NCBI GenBank assembly: GCA_017483665.1
Contig: JAFUVM010000082.1
Location: 300 to 64,299, forward strand
Direction: 5' to 3'
Length of the DNA stretch: 64,000 nucleotides
Source of the DNA: Bacteroidaceae bacterium
Lineage (GTDB): Bacteria; Bacteroidota; Bacteroidia; Bacteroidales; Bacteroidaceae
A model generated the notes under the pieces. It was not told the origin of the DNA and searched no databases. It worked only from the letters and a program-made list of their open reading frames with translations. The translations under genes and the position numbers were made by a program. This document shows positions 41,297-49,688 of this stretch, piece by piece. Within the stretch, counting starts at the first letter, position 1, and each line of letters begins with the position of its first letter.

Positions 41297-42902
41297 AATT
41301 CCAGTTCATAGTATCAGTAAAGGTCTTGCCTTCAAGTTTAATAGCATAAGCATGTAGCATGAGTCTTTCGGCAGGCTTGCCGTAGAGGCGGTCGCCCACG
41401 ATGGGGTTGCCCAGACCGAGCCTGTGGGCGCAATGGACGCGCAGCTGGTGTGTGCGGCCCGTTATCGGCCTGAGCTCCAGCAGGGCATGCCCGTCCCTGT
41501 TGTCCAGCACGCGGTAGTGTGTCCGTGCAGGCTTGCCGTGCTGCGGGTCAACCAGCTGGCGCGGACGGTCGTCGAAGTCGGGTCGCAGGGGAAGCTCGAT
41601 GTCTCCTTCCTCTCCGACAGGCATCTCGCGCTCCAGCAGGGCGTGGTATGTCTTGTGGATATGTCTGCCCAGGAAGAGTTCTTGCAGTTCGTGGTACTTC
41701 TCTTCCGTCAGGGCTATGAGCATGAGTCCGCTGGTGTCCATGTCCAGACGATGCACGATGAGCGGCCCCGTGGCCTGCGGGAACCTCTGTTTCATAGCGT
41801 CGTGCACGTTGGGCAGGTCGTCCTTGCCAGGCACCGAGAGCAGCCCTGCGGGTTTGCTCACAACGGCCATCTCCTTATTATTATATATAATGTGCAGGCG
41901 CGCGAGCAGCGTCTGGCGGTCGGCAAGCAAGGGATTCGGCTCCACGTCGAGGCCGCGGAGCATGTGGCGCAGGATGGGGCGGCACTTGCTCCGGCAGGCC
42001 GGGTAGAAGTGTCCGTCGTGGCGTACCTCGTCGGCAGGCGAGGCGCCTACCCAGAACTCGGCCATGCAGAGCGGTCGCAGTCCCTCGCGGTAGGCGGCCT
42101 GCAGCAGTCGCGGGGCACAGCACTCGCCGGCTCCTGCGGGCGGAGTGGCCGGGGCAAAGAGCTCGGGCAGCGCTTTCTCTTCGCCCAAGGCATTGAGGAA
42201 CGTGAACTGGCGGAAAAGCCATTGCTGCAGGGCGATGCTGCGCTCGTGACGTTCCTTTCGCAGCCGTGTCAGCTGTTCCTGCCTTTCCCGCAGCGGCGCT
42301 TCGTCGGCCATGATGCGTTGTTCCCAAGTTTGTCTCAGCCGTCGCAGCTCAGCCTTCTCGTGCTGGCTCTGCCGGACGAGCCGGAGCTCCGTGTCGTCTT
42401 CCTCCGAGGGGGATGTGCCTTGTCGCAGGGCATCGCGCTTAGCCTTGCTTTGTTTCATGAACTCCTTGTATGCAGTCAGCTCGTCCTCCATCTTTCGGCG
42501 AAGCAGGGCTGACTCTTCCGCCAACGCCTCGACGCACGGACGGAGCGCGTCAATCTCGCGGTTGATGCGGCTGATGGCTGCCTCTTCCTCCTGGAAGTAA
42601 CAGCCGGGCGCCATGAGGTCGAACACCGGAGGGACGAAGTATTCGTGCTGCGTCTTGCCGTCGAGCGTGCCGGAGAAAGCGGCGAGGAAAGACAGCCTGG
42701 GGGAGGGGACTATGAGCACCCCGAACATCTTGCCGCGCTGCAACTCGTCGTGCCATTCGGGACGCTGGTCGATATAGCGTCGCACCTCGTCGGCAGCGGC
42801 AATGCACAACGGGTGAGGCTCGTAGCAGAAAGGATAGGTGAAGCGTTCCGGCGGGCGAACCGCCTGAACACTCTGGCGGAAGGGATGAATCGTTACAGCC
42901 AT
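41286..42902 (-). CDS. RluA-family pseudouridine synthase with ~300-aa N-terminal extension
   Basis: C-terminal half: VVSKPAGLLSVPG..HRLDMDTSGLMLIA..KTYHALL..GRTHQLRVH. The N-terminal half has H-E and Cys motifs plus a coiled-coil insert. Confidence 0.88.
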   Translation of the reverse strand: MAVTIHPFRQSVQAVRPPERFTYPFCYEPHPLCIAAADEVRRYIDQRPEWHDELQRGKMFGVLIVPSPRLSFLAAFSGTLDGKTQHEYFVPPVFDLMAPGCYFQEEEAAISRINREIDALRPCVEALAEESALLRRKMEDELTAYKEFMKQSKAKRDALRQGTSPSEEDDTELRLVRQSQHEKAELRRLRQTWEQRIMADEAPLRERQEQLTRLRKERHERSIALQQWLFRQFTFLNALGEEKALPELFAPATPPAGAGECCAPRLLQAAYREGLRPLCMAEFWVGASPADEVRHDGHFYPACRSKCRPILRHMLRGLDVEPNPLLADRQTLLARLHIIYNNKEMAVVSKPAGLLSVPGKDDLPNVHDAMKQRFPQATGPLIVHRLDMDTSGLMLIALTEEKYHELQELFLGRHIHKTYHALLEREMPVGEEGDIELPLRPDFDDRPRQLVDPQHGKPARTHYRVLDNRDGHALLELRPITGRTHQLRVHCAHRLGLGNPIVGDRLYGKPAERLMLHAYAIKLEGKTFTDTMNWNYEP

Positions 42903-43516
42903 AGCACACCCTCCGGCCCTTGATTAAAGAGTAAATCGACGATGCTGAGGTCGGGCAGAAAGCCGTGCCGCGAGGCAAAGACCTGATAGTATTCCCGACT
43001 CCCATCCTGGGTGGAGGGGCAAGGGGCAAGGGGCAGGGGGCAAGAGGATTGCACAGCCCGCCGGTATTCTCCAGCTCCTTGCCCCTTGCTCCTTGCCCCC
43101 TCATACGTTGTTGTTCGCGTTACGGGTTTCCCGATATCGAGCAGGGAAGCGACCAACGCCATGAGCTCTTCGTTGAAGTCGGCCAGGAACTCCCACTTCT
43201 TCTCGTAGAAGGGAGCGAAGTCGTCGGCGTAGTATTCGAAGAAGGGCGACTGCCTGTAGCTGCTTTCGAGGGCCACCCAATGCCGGTGCCGCCAGTTGCC
43301 GTGGTCGCTGATGCGAACGTCGCGCATCAAGGTCTTGCCTTCCGTCTTGCAGACAGGAATGGTGAGCGGAAGCGCTCCCGACGGGCTGTCAATCAGGCAG
43401 CGGTTGCGGAGTGTCTGCTTCGTGAAGTGGTCGTTGACCTCAAGGCGCACTTCGTCGGCACGATAGTAGGCGCTATAGTGCGAGACAGGCGCGAGGTAAC
43501 AGCAGGGCAGAACCAT
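42893..43516 (-). CDS. WbqC-family protein with in-frame hairpin insertion
   Basis: Start at MVLPCCYLAPVSHYSAY. Motifs: HFTKQTLRNRC..ISDHGNWRHRHW..SYRQSPFFEYY. The C-terminal segment GARSKGQGAGEYRRAVQSSCPLPLAPCPS is repeat-encoded. Confidence 0.82.
   Translation of the reverse strand: MVLPCCYLAPVSHYSAYYRADEVRLEVNDHFTKQTLRNRCLIDSPSGALPLTIPVCKTEGKTLMRDVRISDHGNWRHRHWVALESSYRQSPFFEYYADDFAPFYEKKWEFLADFNEELMALVASLLDIGKPVTRTTTYEGARSKGQGAGEYRRAVQSSCPLPLAPCPSTQDGSREYYQVFASRHGFLPDLSIVDLLFNQGPEGVLWL
43013..43101. repeat. GGGGCAAG-armed hairpin element inside wbqC
   Basis: ggaggggcaaggggcaaggggcagggggcaagaggattgc..ggtattctccagctccttgccccttgctccttgccccctc. The centre resembles that of the GGTTAGAG family. 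Confidence 0.88.
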
Positions 43517-43551
43517 TGACCGTTGAACATTGACCATTGACCGTTGACTGT
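43512..43551. repeat. TTGACCNTTGA-type tandem
   Basis: accattgaccgttgaacattgaccattgaccgttgactg. Confidence 0.8.
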
Positions 43552-43610
43552 TGTGGCTGTTGAGAAGAGAACAAGGACCGTTCCTCTCCCTAAGGGAGAC
43601 CGTGGAGTCC

Positions 43611-45122
43611 TTACTTAATGTTATCAACCAATGAGAAGAGACGGCTCCAGCGGATGTGGTGACCGCTCAGCCAAGGACGGTCGACGTCGGTGCTCAGCCA
43701 GATGAAGATGGGTTTGCCTACGATGTGATCCTCGGGTACGAAGCCCCAGTAGCGCGAGTCGGCAGAACAATGACGGTTGTCGCCCTGCATCCAGTAATAG
43801 TCCATCTTGAAGGTGTACTCCGTGGCCTTCTCTCCGTTGATGAAGATGTCGCCTTCGGGCGTCACCTTCAGTTCGTTGCCCTCGTAGACGCGGATGGGAC
43901 GCTCGTAGAGTGCGATGTTCTCGATGGAAAGCTTCAGGCTCTTGCCTTTCTTCGGTATCCAGATGGGTCCATAGTTGTCGCATGTCCAGCCTGTGTAAGC
44001 TTTCTGCGGATAGAGACGCTCCGTGTCGTCGTCCGGAACGAGCGTCACACTCTCCACGTAGTCCGTTTGCTTCTCCAAGGCTTCCTTTGCCTCTTGTGTC
44101 AAGGGGATGATGCCCGAATGGTACATGTCCTGCACGTCCTTCATGCTGAGGCCCAGTTTGTAGATAATCTCGTCGGGCAGATAATTGGAAAGCAGCGTCA
44201 CGTGATAGTTGAACTGCACGTTCTTCGGGGCCGGGTTCTCTTTGCCGTCGAGGTAGATGACGCGGTCGCGAATCTCGAGCGTCTGTCCGGGCAGGCCGAC
44301 GCAGCGCTTCACGTAGTTCTCGCGGCGGTCGACGGGACGCCAACCCACCTTGCCGAAGTCCTGCAGAGCAATGTCGAAGCCGAGCCTTTCCCTCACCAGA
44401 GCGCAATACTTGCCCTGTTCTGCGGGCGGCAGGCTGACGAACTGTCGTCCCAGCTCGTTGACGGTGCTGTAGTATTGATACTGTTCTGCCGGCGTCATGT
44501 CCTGCGGCTTTTGGGGAACGCCGTTCAGAGCTTGGTAGAAGATCTGGCCGAAGCTCTTGCAAAGCAAGTAGTATTCTGTCTGGAACTTCGGGTCGCTGAC
44601 GATGGTGTCGCCTGCGGGATAGTTGAAGACGACGATGTCGTTGAGCTTGACAGGTTTGGGGGTGACGCGCTTATACTCCCATTGCGGCCACTCGATGTAG
44701 CTCTTTCCTCCGAAGGGAAGGGTGTGCTGGCAGAGCGGCATGTGCAGGGGCGTCTGCGGCACACGGGGGCCGTAGCTCATCTTGCTGACCAGCAGGTAGT
44801 CGCCCACGAGCAGGCTCTTCTCGAGCGAACTGGAGGGGATGGTGTAGTTCTGGAAGAAGAAGATGTTGACGAAGTAAACGGCAACGAGGGCAAAGACGAT
44901 GGCATCTACCCAGCTCATGACGGTGCGTACGATGGGGTTCTCTGCGTCCTTCCACCATGTCCAGGGAATGCGGCGGGTGACGTAGGCGTCGAAGATGAAC
45001 GGGATGACAATGATGCCCCACCAGGCATCCACCCAATAGAGGAAGGCTATGAAGAGGGCAATGAAGATGATGGCCTTTGCCCAGTCTTTCTTTGTGGCTT
45101 GATATCTTTTCTTTTTGGTCAT
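43611..45122 (-). CDS. lepB: Signal peptidase I (S26)
   Basis: IPSSSLEKSLLVGDYLLVSKMSYG (catalytic Ser)..GDNRHCSADSRYWGFVPEDHIVGKP. Confidence 0.92.
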   Translation of the reverse strand: MTKKKRYQATKKDWAKAIIFIALFIAFLYWVDAWWGIIVIPFIFDAYVTRRIPWTWWKDAENPIVRTVMSWVDAIVFALVAVYFVNIFFFQNYTIPSSSLEKSLLVGDYLLVSKMSYGPRVPQTPLHMPLCQHTLPFGGKSYIEWPQWEYKRVTPKPVKLNDIVVFNYPAGDTIVSDPKFQTEYYLLCKSFGQIFYQALNGVPQKPQDMTPAEQYQYYSTVNELGRQFVSLPPAEQGKYCALVRERLGFDIALQDFGKVGWRPVDRRENYVKRCVGLPGQTLEIRDRVIYLDGKENPAPKNVQFNYHVTLLSNYLPDEIIYKLGLSMKDVQDMYHSGIIPLTQEAKEALEKQTDYVESVTLVPDDDTERLYPQKAYTGWTCDNYGPIWIPKKGKSLKLSIENIALYERPIRVYEGNELKVTPEGDIFINGEKATEYTFKMDYYWMQGDNRHCSADSRYWGFVPEDHIVGKPIFIWLSTDVDRPWLSGHHIRWSRLFSLVDNIK

Positions 45123-45130
45123 GTTTTTTA

Positions 45131-45168
45131 TATAGGACTTATGGGACTTATAGGACTTATGGAACTAT
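45131..45168. repeat. ATAGGACTTAT tandem
   Basis: tataggacttatgggacttataggacttatggaactat, between the lepB start and the dapB stop. Confidence 0.8.
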
Positions 45169-45890
45169 TGGTTCTGGAAGGCAAAGAGGTCTGCCATCGT
45201 GAGCAGGCCGCTGTGCTCCTTTGTATACTCAGCAGCGAGGACGGCTCCCATAGCGAAGCCGCGCCGGTTGTGTGCGTCGTGGGTGATGCGTATCATGTCC
45301 TCGGGCGAGTCGTATGTTATGGTATGTATGCCGGGCACCTCGGCCTGCCGGATGTCGTCGATGCGGAGAACCTCCGGCTTCGTCTCGTGCAGGCCCCAGC
45401 GCTCCTTGCGGTCCAGGTTCGCCACGATTTGTTCGGCCAGGGTGATGGCAGTGCCCGAGGGGGCATCGAGCTTGTGGATGTGGTGGGTTTCCACCATGTT
45501 GACGTCGTACTGTCCGAAGCGGTTCATGATTTTTGCCAGGTAGGTGTTGACCGCAGAGAAGATGGCGACGCCCACGCTGAAGTTCGAGGCCCAGAAGAGC
45601 GTCTTGCCCTCTTCGGCACAAGCCTTGCGGACCTCTGCCTCGTGGTCCTTCATCCATCCGGTGCTGCCGCTGACGACTTTGACGCCTGCCGCCCACGCCT
45701 TGAGGTAGTTGTCGTAGGCTGTCCAGGGCGTAGTGAACTCGATGGCGACGTCTGCGCTGGCGAAGGCGGGCGAAAGGAACTCGTCCTGGTTGTCGACGTC
45801 GATGATGCTGACGATTTCATGGCCGCGCGAAAGGGCGATTTCCTCTATCATGTGCCCCATCTTGCCGTACCCTATGAGTGCTATTTTCAT
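45165..45890 (-). CDS. dapB: 4-hydroxy-tetrahydrodipicolinate reductase
   Basis: MKIALIGYGKMG..VSGSTGW..ETHHIHKLDAPSGTA..H.AHNR.GFA.GA. Confidence 0.93.
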   Translation of the reverse strand: MKIALIGYGKMGHMIEEIALSRGHEIVSIIDVDNQDEFLSPAFASADVAIEFTTPWTAYDNYLKAWAAGVKVVSGSTGWMKDHEAEVRKACAEEGKTLFWASNFSVGVAIFSAVNTYLAKIMNRFGQYDVNMVETHHIHKLDAPSGTAITLAEQIVANLDRKERWGLHETKPEVLRIDDIRQAEVPGIHTITYDSPEDMIRITHDAHNRRGFAMGAVLAAEYTKEHSGLLTMADLFAFQNQ

Positions 45891-45912
45891 ATCTTATTTA
45901 ATAAAATCCATG

Positions 45913-45920
45913 CAAAAGTA
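45913..45920 (-). promoter_or_regulatory. -7 box TACTTTTG for dapB
   Basis: Plus-strand caaaagta, 23 nt upstream of ATG 45890. Confidence 0.45.
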
Positions 45921-45942
45921 CTGCTTTTCGCTTAATTTTGCG

Positions 45943-45950
45943 TACTTTTG
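45943..45950 (+). promoter_or_regulatory. -7 box TACTTTTG (second match TAATTTTG at 45933-45940) for the DUF2851 gene
   Basis: TAnnTTTG matches 35-45 nt upstream of ATG 45985. Confidence 0.45.
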
Positions 45951-45984
45951 CTTCACAAAATAAGTTAACGGGAGCAAAATACGC

Positions 45985-47199
45985 ATGGAACGCCTGCTGC
46001 ACTACGTTTGGAAGCACAGACTGCTGCCTGTAGGGACGCTCATCACGTCGGACGGGCAGGAGCTGGAGGTCATCGACCCCGGCCTGCACAACCGCGACCA
46101 AGGTCCCGACTTCTTCAATGCCAAGGTACGGCTGGGCGGGACGCTCTGGGCGGGCAACGTCGAGGTGCATCTGCGCTCGTCCGACTGGTACAGACACGGG
46201 CACGACACCGACCCCGCCTACAACAGTGTCGTCCTGCACGTCGTGGGCGAAGTGGACGGAGAGGTCACGACGGCCGATGGCAAGACGTTGCCGCAGGTGC
46301 GCATCGACATTCCCGAGCGCATCCGGCAGAGCTACAATGAGCTGTGTCGCACAGAGGACTATCCCCGTTGCCACCGCATCATTCCCTCGTTGCCGACGCT
46401 GAAGGTGCACCAATGGATGGATGCCTTGCTCGTGGAGAGGCTGAAGGAGCGGTCGGAGCTGGTGGAGGCGCGGGCGGAAAGGACGGGCGGCGACTGGGAA
46501 CGGGCCACGTTCGTGACGCTCAGCCGCAGCTTCGGGTTCGGTCTGAACGGCGACAGCTTCGAGCGTTGGGCCATGCGCATTCCCCTGCAGGCAGCAGGCA
46601 AGCATCGCGACGACCTGTTCCAGGTGGAGGCACTCTTCCTGGGCATGGCCGGTCTGACAGACGAGGTGAAGACCCTGCGAAGCGGGCAGGAAGCCGAACG
46701 GCTCCGGCAGGAGTTTGCCTACCTGCAGCACAAGTTCAGCCTCGACGAGCCGTTGCAGCGCAGCGACTGGCACTTCCTGCGGACACGTCCGGGCAACTTC
46801 CCCTCGGTGCGCATCATGCAGATAGCCGAGCTTTACCACAAGGGACAGGTGCAGATGAGCCGCCTCCTGGAGGCAAAGGGCGTAGACGAACTGCAGCAAT
46901 GCCTCGCCGTCCGGGGAACCACGGCAGGCAGCCGGCGCCTGCTCATCATCAATACCGTGGTGCCTCTGCTCTTCGCCTACGGGCGTCACATCGGCGACGA
47001 GGACATCTGCCAGCGTGCCGTCCGCCTGCTGGAGCAGTTGCCTGCCGAGAACAACTACATTCTGCGCCAGTGGCAAGCCTGCGGACTCCGGGTGCAGACG
47101 GCTGCCGACAGCCAGGCGCTCATCCAGCTCAAGCGGCAGTACTGCGACCGCACCGACTGCCTGCGCTGCCGTTTCGGATACGAGTTCCTGAAAAGGTAA
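45985..47199 (+). CDS. DUF2851 family protein
   Basis: MERLLHYVWKHRLLP..GPDFFNAKV..GNVEVHLRSSDWYRHGH..CLRCRFG. Confidence 0.85.
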   Translation: MERLLHYVWKHRLLPVGTLITSDGQELEVIDPGLHNRDQGPDFFNAKVRLGGTLWAGNVEVHLRSSDWYRHGHDTDPAYNSVVLHVVGEVDGEVTTADGKTLPQVRIDIPERIRQSYNELCRTEDYPRCHRIIPSLPTLKVHQWMDALLVERLKERSELVEARAERTGGDWERATFVTLSRSFGFGLNGDSFERWAMRIPLQAAGKHRDDLFQVEALFLGMAGLTDEVKTLRSGQEAERLRQEFAYLQHKFSLDEPLQRSDWHFLRTRPGNFPSVRIMQIAELYHKGQVQMSRLLEAKGVDELQQCLAVRGTTAGSRRLLIINTVVPLLFAYGRHIGDEDICQRAVRLLEQLPAENNYILRQWQACGLRVQTAADSQALIQLKRQYCDRTDCLRCRFGYEFLKR

Positions 47200-47235
47200 A
47201 AAGTTGAAAAGTTGAAAAGTTGAAATGTGAAGACA

Positions 47236-47643
47236 ATGAAATACGCTTATGAACTGAAGATGAAGGTGCGCGACTACGAGTGCGACCTGGAGGGAATCGT
47301 CAATAATGCGAACTACCAGCACTACATGGAACATACGCGCCACGAGTTCCTCTTGGAGGCGGGACTCAGCTTCGCCGACATGAATGCCCGCGGCATCGTG
47401 CCCGTCGTGGCACGCATCACCATCGCCTACAAGACGCCCCTGCGCAGTCGCGACGAGTTCCTTTCCTGCCTGAACATACGGCAGGAGGGCGTCCGCTACG
47501 TGTTCCGGCAGGACATCTACCGCCTCTCGGACATGAAGCTGGCGGCACGCGGCACCGTTGACACCGTTTGCCTCGTCGACGGCAAGCTCAGCCGTTGTCC
47601 CGAGATGGAATCGTTCCTGCAACCTTATTATACTGCCGAATGA
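47236..47643 (+). CDS. Acyl-CoA thioesterase (4HBT/YbgC-like hotdog fold)
   Basis: MKYAYELKMKVRDYECDLEGIVNNANYQHYMEHTRHEFL. The track start 47227 is GTG; the ATG is at 47236. Confidence 0.85.
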   Translation: MKYAYELKMKVRDYECDLEGIVNNANYQHYMEHTRHEFLLEAGLSFADMNARGIVPVVARITIAYKTPLRSRDEFLSCLNIRQEGVRYVFRQDIYRLSDMKLAARGTVDTVCLVDGKLSRCPEMESFLQPYYTAE

Positions 47644-48767
47644 CCGAACAGGAAACGCTCTGCATGCTGGCACTCACCCGTGTGCCTGCACTCAACCTTG
47701 CGGCGCTCCGTATGCTCGTCTGGGAGATGGGGTCGGCCACCGCTGTCTTCGAGAACCGTATGTCGCTGCGCGAAGTGCTGCCTACCGCAGGGAAAAACAC
47801 GCTCGACGCGCTGGCCTCGATGGACAGCCACCTGGAGAGGGCCAAGCAGGAGCTGGACTTCTGCCGGAAGAACCACATCCGTCTCCTCGGCCTGCACGAC
47901 GAGTCCTATCCCCAGCGGCTGCGCGAGTGCCCCGATGCCCCGGTCCTGCTCTACTATATGGGCACGGCCGACCTGAACGCCCGCCACATCGTCAGCATGG
48001 TAGGCACACGCCAGATAACCGCCTACGGCAAGGACCTCTGCCACAGATTCGTGCGCGACCTGCGCGAACTCTGCCCCGATGTGCTCATCGTCAGCGGTCT
48101 GGCTTATGGCGTCGACATTCACAGTCACCGGGCAGCCCTCGACGAAGGACTCGACACCGTAGGCGTCCTGGCTCACGGACTAAACCAGATTTACCCTCCC
48201 CACCACCGCGAAACCGCCACCAAGATGGTGTCGCAGGGCGGACTTCTCACGGAGTATATGTCCGGCACGGCCATCGACAAGCGCAACTTCGTGCAGCGCA
48301 ACCGCATCGTGGCAGGCATGGCGGATGCCGTCGTCGTCGTGGAGAGCGCCGAGAAGGGCGGTTCGCTCATCACGGCAGGCATCGCCCTGAGCTACGACCG
48401 TCCCGTCTGGGCCTTCCCGGGCCGCATCTTCGACGCCCACTCGTCGGGTTGCAATAAGCTCATCGGCAGCAACCGCGCGTCCCTTCTCACCAAGGCCCAA
48501 GACTTCTGTCAGGCAATGGGTTGGACCGACGACATGCAGCACAGGCAGATGCTCTCGCAGGGCGTGCAGCAGGAATTTCTGGCCGACTTCACCGACGAGG
48601 AACGGCGCGTCCTGCAAGCCCTCTCGCAGGCCGACGAGAAGCAGGCCAACATCCTTTCCGTCGAGACCGACATTCCCATGAACCGCCTCACGAGCCTCCT
48701 CTTCACGCTCGAGATGAAGGGCGCCGTGCAGATGCTCGCCGGCGGCAAGTACCGCATCCGGCATTGA
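47640..48767 (+). CDS. dprA: DNA-processing protein DprA
   Basis: Start at MTEQETLCMLAL (ATGA overlap with the thioesterase stop). Motifs: VSMVGTR..SGLAYGVDIHSHRAAL..VVVESAEKGGSLITA. Confidence 0.9.
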   Translation: MTEQETLCMLALTRVPALNLAALRMLVWEMGSATAVFENRMSLREVLPTAGKNTLDALASMDSHLERAKQELDFCRKNHIRLLGLHDESYPQRLRECPDAPVLLYYMGTADLNARHIVSMVGTRQITAYGKDLCHRFVRDLRELCPDVLIVSGLAYGVDIHSHRAALDEGLDTVGVLAHGLNQIYPPHHRETATKMVSQGGLLTEYMSGTAIDKRNFVQRNRIVAGMADAVVVVESAEKGGSLITAGIALSYDRPVWAFPGRIFDAHSSGCNKLIGSNRASLLTKAQDFCQAMGWTDDMQHRQMLSQGVQQEFLADFTDEERRVLQALSQADEKQANILSVETDIPMNRLTSLLFTLEMKGAVQMLAGGKYRIRH

Positions 48768-48887
48768 ACCCCGCCTGCCGTCCTTCTCCATCAAAGCCCA
48801 AGTATATATTCCCCTTGCGCCGCGTACACTTTCCCCTTGTCTCGCGGATACTTTTCCTTTGTCTCGCGTACACTTTTCCTTTGCTCC

Positions 48888-48997
48888 ACGAAATAAAACT
48901 TTTTCAGTGGCACGGAAATATATTTCAAAGGCTTGGAAATATATTTTAGTGCCTTGGAAATTTATTTCAAAGCCTTGGAAATAGTTTTATCGCACGC
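48888..48997 (+). repeat. GGAAATATATTT array element, copy 3 (orientation A)
   Basis: cacgaaataaaactttttcagtggcacggaaatatatttcaaaggcttggaaatatattttagtgccttggaaatttatttcaaagccttggaaatagtttt, preceded by a tandem CTTTTCCTTTGTCTCGCG at 48815-48885. Confidence 0.9.
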
Positions 48998-49082
48998 AAA
49001 AAAAATTTTTCCTCCCCGCGGAGAAGGATTTTGTTCCTCGCAGGGAAGAAAAATGGTTTGTGCGGTAAGGGGTTCTTCGCCC

Positions 49083-49688
49083 TTAGTTGTTAATGTAAAG
49101 TCCCCAGAGCCCCATGCTGTTGGTCGTGTAGTTGACGCGGTAGCGGTAGAGCGTTCGCCCGGCGGGACCATCGGAGAGGTTGCCGCAGTCGTTGAGGTTG
49201 TAGGTGCGGTTGCAGTTCTTGCAGAAGGCGTAGCCGCTTGTCTGCAGCACGAGGGGCTTCGTGATGTTGTAGTTCTGGTAGCAGTTCGGGCAGGCGCGGT
49301 CGAAGCAGATGACGCGCGCGATGTCCTCTCCCAGTTCGGGGATTGCGAGGCGCCCCACGATGTAGCCGCTGCTCAGCCCCAGGTTGTAGCCCGCGTAGTC
49401 GCTCATGGCTGCGATGTTGATGGACGAGGACTTGCCTGCGGCATCGGTGAAGATGAGCTTCTGTCCGTCGCTCGTGATGGCGCAGAACTCGCCCATGCTC
49501 TCGCAGGCGGCGTGGAGCACGGGAGCCTGCAGCACGTTGTCGATGCTCAGGCGTGCCCGCAGGTTGCAGTATTTGTTGTTGGCCTCGCCGTCGTTGCAAG
49601 AGGCAAGGCATAGGGCTGCCCCAACCAAACCGCCCCAAAGTGTGGCTTTACTTATGCGTAGATTCATGTTCATTAAGCGTATTTTCAT
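49083..49688 (-). CDS. Cys-rich lipoprotein, function unknown
   Basis: Start at MKIRLMNMNL.. (ATGA overlap with the argH stop). Lipobox LCLASC. Also CPNCYQNY..CKNCNRTYNLNDCG. Confidence 0.7.
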   Translation of the reverse strand: MKIRLMNMNLRISKATLWGGLVGAALCLASCNDGEANNKYCNLRARLSIDNVLQAPVLHAACESMGEFCAITSDGQKLIFTDAAGKSSSINIAAMSDYAGYNLGLSSGYIVGRLAIPELGEDIARVICFDRACPNCYQNYNITKPLVLQTSGYAFCKNCNRTYNLNDCGNLSDGPAGRTLYRYRVNYTTNSMGLWGLYINN

